A DNA stretch of 64,000 bases from Candidatus Cryosericum sp. (GTDB taxonomy: Bacteria; Caldisericota; Caldisericia; Cryosericales; Cryosericaceae). The notes under the pieces were generated by a model, which saw nothing but the letters and a program-made list of their open reading frames with translations, had not been told where the DNA came from and did not search any database. This document shows positions 57,062 to 64,000 of this stretch, piece after piece; the first letter of the stretch is position 1, and each line of letters starts with the position of its first letter. The position numbers were made by a program, and so were the translations under genes. Location of the stretch: positions 5,698 through 69,697 of the forward strand of contig DAONFE010000004.1 of NCBI GenBank assembly GCA_035403525.1, given 5' to 3'.

Positions 57062-59713
57062 ATGGACCAGCACAAGTATGTCTACGATTTCCAAGAGGGT
57101 GGCAAGGAAATGCGATCCATTCTCGGCGGCAAGGGCGCAGGCCTGGCTGAGATGACAAAGATCGGTCTGCCGGTGCCACCAGGATTCACCATCTCCACCG
57201 AGATGTGCCCCGTGTACCTCGAGGTTGGGGACATCCCCGAACCAGTAAAGAACGAGATCAGGGAGCACCTTGCCCGCCTTGAGGGCAAGCTGGGCAAGAA
57301 GTTCGGCTCTGCCGAGGATCCTCTGCTCGTGTCGGTACGTTCCGGAGCCGCAGTGTCCATGCCAGGAATGATGGACACGATCCTCAATCTTGGCCTCAAC
57401 GTTGATACCGTGGAGGGCCTTGCACAGCTTACCAGCAATCCGCGCTTTGCATGGGACTCTTATCGGCGGTTTACGCAGATGTATGGCAACGTCGTGCTGG
57501 GCATCGTTCATGACGACTTCGAGCAGATCCTTGCGGAACAGAAACAGCTGCAGGGTGTCACGCAGGACACGGACCTGTCCGTCGACTCGCTCAAGGCGGT
57601 CGTGCAGAAGTACTTCGCACTGGTACAGGAACGCACCGGCAAGCCGTTCCCCCAGGACCCCATGGACCAGCTGATGGGAGCCGTCGGCGCAGTCTTCCGG
57701 TCCTGGAACACCGAACGCGCCGTCACATACCGCAAGATCGAGAACATCACAGGTCTGATCGGTACCGCCGTTACGGTGCAGTCCATGGTATTCGGCAACA
57801 TGGGCAACGACTCCGCAACGGGCGTCTGCTTCACGCGCGACAACTCCACCGGAGAAAAGCACTTCTCGGGCGAATACCTGGTCAACGCACAGGGCGAGGA
57901 TGTCGTTGCAGGCATCCGCACGCCGAAGAACATCAACGAGATGGCCGTCGAGATGCCCGAAACGTACAAGCGCCTGGTCGAGGTCTCCATCCTGCTTGAA
58001 CAGCACTATCGGGACATGCAGGACATGGAGTTCACAGTGGAGCGAGGCAAGCTCTTCATGCTGCAGACGCGAAATGCCAAGAGAAGCCCGGTTGCAGCCG
58101 TCAAGGTAGCGGTCGACATGGTGGCAGAGGGACTCATCACCAAGGAAGATGCAGTCATGCGCGTCACTCCCTCGCAGCTGGACACGCTGCTCCATCCCCA
58201 GGTCGATCCGCGGGCGACGATTCAGGTTATTGCCCGCGCAATTCCTGCCTCTCCCGGAGCCGGATATGGCAAAGTTGTGTTTGAATCCAAGAAGGCAGCT
58301 GAGCTCGGCGAGGCTGGCGAGAAGGTTGTCCTGGTACGTCAGGACACCTCGCCGGAGGACATCGATGGTATCTCGAAGGCCCAGGCAACGCTGACGACGC
58401 GTGGCGGGGCCAGCGCGCACGCTGCTCTGGTCGCTCGCGGGCTGGGCAAGCCCTGCGTTGTGGGGGCCGACCAGATCAGACTTAACAACGGTGACAAAAC
58501 TTTCACGGCCAATGGCGTTACTGTTCACGAGGGCGACGTCATCACAGTCAATGGCACAACAGGCGAAGTCATCCTGGGCCAGGCGCCCATGGTCGATGCA
58601 GAACAGACCGCTGAGCTGACGACGCTGCTCGGTTATGCCGACGAACTGCGCAGGCTCGGAGTACGGGCAAACGCTGACACGCCGACGAATGCCCGCAAGG
58701 CCCGCGGATTCGGTGCCGAAGGCATTGGACTCTGCCGCACCGAACGCATGTTCAACGACCCGGACCGCCTTCCGCTCATGCAGGAGATGGTCATCGCCGA
58801 TACGCCGTCGGAGCGCATGGTTGCTCTTGAAAAGCTCCTGCCCCTGCAGCGCAGAGACTTCGAGCAGATTCTTGAAGCCATGGATGGATACCCTGTCATT
58901 ATTCGCCTGCTCGATCCACCACTGCACGAGTTCCTGCCACAGTGGGAGCGCCTCGAGAGCGAGCTCTCGGAAGCGACCGCCGCAGGGGATGCGTCACGCA
59001 TTGCCTATGTGCAGCGGGTGATGAAACGGTACAATGAGCTCAAGGAGTTCAATCCCATGATTGGATTCCGTGGCTGCCGCGTCGGTATCGTCTATCCGGA
59101 GATCTACCGTCTGCAAGTGAGGGCAATCGCGGAGGCGACCCTCGCGCTTGTTCAGTCGGGCAAGCACCCCATGCCGGAGATTATGCTGCCTCTTGTTGGA
59201 CACGTCAACGAGATCAAGATACTCAAGCCGCTGGTGCAGGAGGAACTCGACAAGGTGTTTGGTCCTGCAGGAGTCACGCTGCCTGTCAAGATCGGTACTA
59301 TGGTGGAAGTCCCCCGCGCCTGCCTGACGGCCGACGAGATTGCCGAGTATGCCGAGTTTTTCAGCTTCGGCACGAATGACCTGACACAGACAACCTACGC
59401 CTACAGCCGGGATGACGCGGCAGGGACGTTCCTTCCCACATATCTTGAGACAAAGGTCCTTGACGTCGACCCCTTCCAGACCATCGATCAGAAAGGCGTC
59501 GGGAAACTGGTCCGTGTGGCTGTCGTCCTTGGCAGGCAGACCAATCATCAACTCGAGATCGGTATCTGCGGCGAGCAGGGCGGTGACCCCGATTCTATCG
59601 AGTTCTGTCACACGTCCGGCCTCGACTACGTCTCCTGTTCGGCACCCCGCGTCCCGGTCGCACGTCTGGCTGCAGCACAGGCCGCTCTCAAGCATAAGGT
59701 CTCCGCAAACTGA
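57062..59713 (+). CDS. ppdK: Pyruvate, phosphate dikinase
   Basis: GGKGAGLAEM, VSVRSGA..SMPGMMDT, NAQGEDVVAG, phospho-His HAA, GIGLCRTE, SFGTNDLTQ, YVSCS. Confidence 0.97.
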   Translation: MDQHKYVYDFQEGGKEMRSILGGKGAGLAEMTKIGLPVPPGFTISTEMCPVYLEVGDIPEPVKNEIREHLARLEGKLGKKFGSAEDPLLVSVRSGAAVSMPGMMDTILNLGLNVDTVEGLAQLTSNPRFAWDSYRRFTQMYGNVVLGIVHDDFEQILAEQKQLQGVTQDTDLSVDSLKAVVQKYFALVQERTGKPFPQDPMDQLMGAVGAVFRSWNTERAVTYRKIENITGLIGTAVTVQSMVFGNMGNDSATGVCFTRDNSTGEKHFSGEYLVNAQGEDVVAGIRTPKNINEMAVEMPETYKRLVEVSILLEQHYRDMQDMEFTVERGKLFMLQTRNAKRSPVAAVKVAVDMVAEGLITKEDAVMRVTPSQLDTLLHPQVDPRATIQVIARAIPASPGAGYGKVVFESKKAAELGEAGEKVVLVRQDTSPEDIDGISKAQATLTTRGGASAHAALVARGLGKPCVVGADQIRLNNGDKTFTANGVTVHEGDVITVNGTTGEVILGQAPMVDAEQTAELTTLLGYADELRRLGVRANADTPTNARKARGFGAEGIGLCRTERMFNDPDRLPLMQEMVIADTPSERMVALEKLLPLQRRDFEQILEAMDGYPVIIRLLDPPLHEFLPQWERLESELSEATAAGDASRIAYVQRVMKRYNELKEFNPMIGFRGCRVGIVYPEIYRLQVRAIAEATLALVQSGKHPMPEIMLPLVGHVNEIKILKPLVQEELDKVFGPAGVTLPVKIGTMVEVPRACLTADEIAEYAEFFSFGTNDLTQTTYAYSRDDAAGTFLPTYLETKVLDVDPFQTIDQKGVGKLVRVAVVLGRQTNHQLEIGICGEQGGDPDSIEFCHTSGLDYVSCSAPRVPVARLAAAQAALKHKVSAN

Positions 59714-59730
59714 TTCTGTCTCACCGAAAT

Positions 59731-60837
59731 ATGCTACCTATCACGAACTACAGAGATAGGGAAGGAAGGCTGCTCTCTCAGGGAGCAGCCTTCGGCATCT
59801 CCAGCAGGGGAAGGGTGGTGCCTGAAGAGGACGACGGTCTCCGGTCGCCCTTTCAGAAAGACCGTGACCGCATCATTCATGCGCGGGCATTCCGCCGGCT
59901 GCAGTACAAAACGCAGGTGTTCATTGCTCCCAGGGGCGATGAGATACGTACCAGACTCACGCACACGCTCGAGGTAGCACAACTGTCACGGTCAGTCGCA
60001 AACGCCCTCGGCCTCAACGAGGACCTTGTTGAGGCCATCGCTCTGGGCCACGACCTGGGCCACGCCCCCTTCGGTCATACGGGAGAGGCGGTCCTGGACC
60101 GAAAACTGAAGCAGGTTGACTCCCGTCTCGGCTTTGAGCATGCTCTTCAAAGCCTCCGCATCGTTGATGTCCTTGAACGTCGTGAGCGCGGACATGGGGA
60201 AGTGCTGTTCGGACTTAACCTGACCTACGAAACCCGTAACGGCATCGCATCGCACAGCAAGGGCCTTGAGGAAATGAGCAAGCTCGAAGACATGCAGAGC
60301 CCACAGACACTGGAAGGGCAAATCGTGCGCCTGTGCGACAGAGTCGCCTATGTCAACCATGACCTGGACGATGCCATTCATGCCGGGATCGTGGAAGCCG
60401 GCGAAGTGCCCGGTGCGGTGGAAGCAACACTGGGAACGTTCTATTCGCAGCGCCTCGACACCATGGTCGTCGATATCATTCATTCGAGCTCCACGGCGGG
60501 ACAGATTGTCATGAGCGAGCAGGTCCGCAATGCCATGGACGAGCTCATGCTGTTTCTCAAGGACAGGGTGTACATGCACTCTGAGCCCAAGAGGGAGGAA
60601 GGCAAGGCCCAGGATCTCCTCGAGCGCATCTTCGACTTCTGCATGCAGGACGTCGGCCGTATCGAGCCGTATCTGCGGGAGCATCCGATGACGTGCGACT
60701 CCGACGACCCCGTCAACATGCTGCGGCCCGATCGCACCGGCACGGCCCGAATTGTCACAGACTACATCGCATCCATGACCGACCGCATGGCACTGAGAAC
60801 CGCCACGGACCTGGTCCTGCCCCGCATTTTCGTCTAG
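59731..60837 (+). CDS. dgt: Deoxyguanosinetriphosphate triphosphohydrolase (HD family)
   Basis: FQKDRDRII...FRRLQYKTQV, RTRLTHTLEV, GHDLGHAPFGH.GE, D.VAYVNHDLDD, DYIASMTD. Confidence 0.93.
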   Translation: MLPITNYRDREGRLLSQGAAFGISSRGRVVPEEDDGLRSPFQKDRDRIIHARAFRRLQYKTQVFIAPRGDEIRTRLTHTLEVAQLSRSVANALGLNEDLVEAIALGHDLGHAPFGHTGEAVLDRKLKQVDSRLGFEHALQSLRIVDVLERRERGHGEVLFGLNLTYETRNGIASHSKGLEEMSKLEDMQSPQTLEGQIVRLCDRVAYVNHDLDDAIHAGIVEAGEVPGAVEATLGTFYSQRLDTMVVDIIHSSSTAGQIVMSEQVRNAMDELMLFLKDRVYMHSEPKREEGKAQDLLERIFDFCMQDVGRIEPYLREHPMTCDSDDPVNMLRPDRTGTARIVTDYIASMTDRMALRTATDLVLPRIFV

Positions 60838-60867
60838 CCGGACTCGCAACTGCCACAAGTTCTTCAT

Positions 60868-60897
60868 GGCGCTGGAAACGATTTCAGCGCCTTTTTT
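60868..60897 (+). terminator. Intrinsic terminator after dgt
   Basis: GGCGCTGGAA-acga-TTTCAGCGCC stem followed by TTTTTT. Confidence 0.8.
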
Positions 60898-60913
60898 CGT
60901 ATACCATTGCGAC

Positions 60914-62617
60914 ATGGAATACAAGGAATACGCCGCTCAGGTCAGCGCGAAGATAGGTATCGTGGACGTCGTTGGGCATTACGTCAAACTGCACCGGCAG
61001 GGCCGCAACTACGTCGGGCTCTGCCCCTTTCATCACGAGAAGACCCCATCGTTCACTGTGAGTCCTGACAAGAACATGTTCTACTGCTTTGGATGCAAGG
61101 CATCCGGCGACATGCTGACATTTGTCCGCAGGATTCACAACGTCAGCCTGCCGGAAGCGGTCGACATCGTGTCCCGCGAGTTTCACGTCGAGCTGCCCCC
61201 CTGGCGCATGTCAACAGCTGCGTCTCGAGACCGGCAGCAGCTGCTTGAGGCCATGAAAGTCGCAGCAGAAGCCTTTGGTGCTGCCTTGAAGACAGATGCG
61301 GCGAGGGGGTGCCGGGACTACATGAACAGTCGGGGGCTTGGCGCCGAGGTGATCCAGCGGTTCGGACTGGGTTATTGCCCGCCGAGCCCGGAAGGCCTCA
61401 TCGGGTGGTGCGCGGCACGCGGCGTTTCTGTGGACGTGCTCACCCGTACCGGGGTTGTGCAGCAGCATGGCGGCGAAGTGACCTCGCCGTTCAGTCATCG
61501 CCTGGTGTTTCCCATCTGGGACAGCATAGGGAATGTGGTGGCGTTTGGCGGCCGCGCCATCGACGGTTCCATGCCCAAGTACATCAACAGCCCGGAAACG
61601 GCGCTGTTCTCGAAGCGCAGGACTCTCTACGGTCTGCCGCTGGCGGAATCGTCAATCCGGGACACCGGGTTTGCCATCGTGGTCGAGGGCTACATGGACG
61701 CAATCGCTCTCCATGCCTCCGGGTTCACCAACACGGTTGCCTCACTGGGCACGGCGTTTACTGAAGAGCAAGGCAACCTGCTGAAACGGAGTACGGGACG
61801 TGTCCTTCTCAATTTCGACAGTGACGCAGCCGGTCAGCATGCAGCCCTGGCAGCTTTGGCCGTGGCGGACAGGACAGGGCTTGATGTCGCTATCGTCAGG
61901 GTGCAGGGAGCGAAAGACCCCGATGAACTGTTGCGACAGCCTGACGGGAGTGCGCAGTATCAGGCTGCTCTGGAACAGGCTGTTGCAGTCGACGATTTTC
62001 TGCTGGACGTTTGTTCATCTGGCAAGAACCTGTTGTCGACGGCTGGACAGAGAGCATTTGTTCAGGAAGTGATGGAAATAGTAGGAGACATGCAGGACTC
62101 GCTGTTGAGAACCCAGCTTCTCAGCAAAATGGCACTTCGGCTGCATGTTCGGGAGGACGAACTGGTGGGCCTTTATCGCAAGGGCCGTGCGACTGCGCGT
62201 CAGCAACCCACGGTGGACCCGTGGCGACTGCCCCGCAAGAGCCTGGGCCACTCCAGGATTCCCACAGGCGAATCACTGCGAAGCTCCCGATCGGCACTTG
62301 AGCAGGACCTGGTTCATGGGCTTGTACACAACCTGGACCGTGCCCCGGAGTTCCTGCCTGCCCTCGATGGAGTTGCCCTTCAGGATGAGAGCTACCGCGA
62401 GATCCTCGAGGTGATACGGCGTGAAGGGTCACTTGGAACCCTTCAGCCTGCCGGTCTGGTTGCTGAGTTGAGCCCCGAGGCAGCCTCGCTCGTGGGAAAG
62501 TGGGCATTCGAGGAACACAAGCTGACGTATGCCGGAATCATGGATGTCGCAGGAAGACTGAAGTCCGGCCCTGCCAATCTCGCTGACGCCAGAACGAGCA
62601 CTGTTACACGGCACTGA
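60914..62617 (+). CDS. dnaG: DNA primase
   Basis: CPFHHEKTPSF...CFGC zinc finger, PKYINSPET, VEGYMD, FDSDAAG TOPRIM, KDPDE. Confidence 0.97.
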   Translation: MEYKEYAAQVSAKIGIVDVVGHYVKLHRQGRNYVGLCPFHHEKTPSFTVSPDKNMFYCFGCKASGDMLTFVRRIHNVSLPEAVDIVSREFHVELPPWRMSTAASRDRQQLLEAMKVAAEAFGAALKTDAARGCRDYMNSRGLGAEVIQRFGLGYCPPSPEGLIGWCAARGVSVDVLTRTGVVQQHGGEVTSPFSHRLVFPIWDSIGNVVAFGGRAIDGSMPKYINSPETALFSKRRTLYGLPLAESSIRDTGFAIVVEGYMDAIALHASGFTNTVASLGTAFTEEQGNLLKRSTGRVLLNFDSDAAGQHAALAALAVADRTGLDVAIVRVQGAKDPDELLRQPDGSAQYQAALEQAVAVDDFLLDVCSSGKNLLSTAGQRAFVQEVMEIVGDMQDSLLRTQLLSKMALRLHVREDELVGLYRKGRATARQQPTVDPWRLPRKSLGHSRIPTGESLRSSRSALEQDLVHGLVHNLDRAPEFLPALDGVALQDESYREILEVIRREGSLGTLQPAGLVAELSPEAASLVGKWAFEEHKLTYAGIMDVAGRLKSGPANLADARTSTVTRH

Positions 62618-62629
62618 AAGGGGAGAGTC

Positions 62630-64000
62630 ATGGCAACCGAGAAGAAGAGGAACTCCAGGAAAGCACAAGTGGAAGTCAGAGAGCCCGTTGAACAACCAAA
62701 GGCTGCGCAGGGCGCTGGCAAACCATCACGGGAAGCAATGGCCACGTCTGAGACAGAGCGCGCACCGGTCAAGGCCTCCAGGAAGCGCACAACCGGTACT
62801 GAGCCAACCAAAATGGACTCGGGTGAGCAGACTGTAGCGCCGCCCTCCAGGACGCGCCGGACAAAGCGCACGCACGTCGACAAAGAGTCCGTGCCAGATC
62901 TGGATGAACCTCTCGATGATGGAGAACATGAAGAACCAGAGGAACAGCATGAAGAGGCAGTGGTCGTCGAGCCGCCTCTTCCCAAACGGCACGAGCTGCT
63001 CAAACTCCTCGAACGTGCGCGTCAGGCCGGTTTTGTCGACTACGGAGCCATCATGGACGCTCTCGAGAAGCAGCAGGTGTCCGTGGAGGAACTCGATGCT
63101 TTCTATGAACGCCTCGATTTTGAAGGTATCGTATTCGGAAGTCCGCGCTTCGTGAAATCCACCGTCAGAAAAGCGACCGCTGCCCCCTCGATTCCGTCTA
63201 TCATCCGCGTTACGACGCAGGAGGAACAGAACCCGATTCAGTCCTACCTTAGCGATATTGGACGCGTGCCGCTGCTCACTCCTGAGCAGGAGAAGATTCT
63301 TGGCAAAGGAGTCATGCAGGGCGATCCCGAAGCACGTCAACAGCTCATCGAAGCAAATCTGCGACTGGTCGTGAGCATTGCCAAGAAGTACACCGGTCGA
63401 GGTCTGTCCTTCCTCGACCTTGTCGAGGAAGGAAACCTGGGACTGATTCGCGCTGTGGAAAAGTTCGACTACAAGCGGGGATTCCGTTTCTCGACATATG
63501 CGACATGGTGGATACGGCAGTCGATGACACGCGCACTGGCAGACCAGTCACGCCTGATACGCGTGCCGGTTCACATGGTAGAGAACCTCAACAAGATCGA
63601 CAAGATCAAGAAGAACTTCCTTCAGGAGCACGGGCGCGAGCCCACCAAGGAGGAGTTGGCGGCAGCGATGGGCATTCCTGTCAAGAAGATTGTCCGTTAT
63701 CTGCGGCTGGGCCAGCAGCCTCTCTCGCTCGAGAACACGGTTGGCGATGAGGAGGAAAGCAGGCTGGAGAACTTCATCGAGGACGAGAAGAGTCCCAGCC
63801 CGGAGAAGGAAACCTTCAACAAGTACTACAAGGAGCAGCTCGAGCGGATTCTTGAGACGTTGCCGGAGCGCGAGAAGAAGATCCTTATCTACCGCGAAGG
63901 CCTGCAGGGTGAATATGAGCATACGCTGGAGGAAGTCGGGACTATGTTCCAGGTAACCCGTGAGCGCATACGCCAGATTGAGGCCAAGGCGAAGCGGAAG
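62630..64000 (+). CDS. rpoD: Primary sigma factor RpoD/SigA (3' end runs off the right edge)
   Basis: Not in the ORF track; manual translation gives [61 protein letters not shown]; SD GGGAG; follows dnaG. Confidence 0.97.
   Translation, partial: MATEKKRNSRKAQVEVREPVEQPKAAQGAGKPSREAMATSETERAPVKASRKRTTGTEPTKMDSGEQTVAPPSRTRRTKRTHVDKESVPDLDEPLDDGEHEEPEEQHEEAVVVEPPLPKRHELLKLLERARQAGFVDYGAIMDALEKQQVSVEELDAFYERLDFEGIVFGSPRFVKSTVRKATAAPSIPSIIRVTTQEEQNPIQSYLSDIGRVPLLTPEQEKILGKGVMQGDPEARQQLIEANLRLVVSIAKKYTGRGLSFLDLVEEGNLGLIRAVEKFDYKRGFRFSTYATWWIRQSMTRALADQSRLIRVPVHMVENLNKIDKIKKNFLQEHGREPTKEELAAAMGIPVKKIVRYLRLGQQPLSLENTVGDEEESRLENFIEDEKSPSPEKETFNKYYKEQLERILETLPEREKKILIYREGLQGEYEHTLEEVGTMFQVTRERIRQIEAKAKRK

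Noticed and set aside
57041-58927. 628-aa antisense ORF over ppdK
   Set aside because: Shadow ORF produced by GC-rich codon bias of ppdK; no recognisable motifs

Overview
Prophage-free, IS-free, CRISPR-free stretch of core bacterial chromosome. Gene content, Firmicutes/Clostridia-like synteny and protein divergence suggest a deep-branching Terrabacteria lineage such as Caldisericota/'Ca. Cryosericum' (inference, no database search). All genes from 1 to about 52.4 kb are on the minus strand; reading right to left: grpE-dnaK-dnaJ (CIRCE-controlled), holB-PSP1-mnmA, the dcw cluster (mraZ-rsmH-ftsL-PBP-murE-mraY-murD-ftsW-murG-murC-murB-ftsQ-DUF881x2-DUF1290-ftsA-ftsZ-yggS), an ECF sigma factor with a putative anti-sigma partner, oppBCDF without a binding protein, DUF167-lspA-rluA-smpB-amidase-murI-rdgB, seven tRNAs, tig-clpP-clpX-lon, rodZ-like-rimO-thpR-recA-rny-uvrC-holin-like-PHP-hflX, and queA (truncated by the left edge). 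From 52.7 kb the genes are on the plus strand: deoC-recO-glyQ-glyS-ppdK-dgt-dnaG-rpoD (truncated by the right edge). I found no large novel accessory system. The best leads are (i) 16-bp rather than 17-bp spacers in six of seven recognisable sigma70-type promoters, together with non-canonical region-4 residues in RpoD; (ii) an ECF sigma/CxxC-partner/SBP-less peptide-ABC block, with an ECF-type autoregulatory promoter, sitting where sepF-ylmG-divIVA normally lie; and (iii) several housekeeping proteins with altered signature motifs (SmpB tail, PPDK regulatory Thr, UvrC lacking HhH, MurE EDPR). Start codons were chosen by eye from SD motifs and overlaps and often differ from the supplied ORF track.
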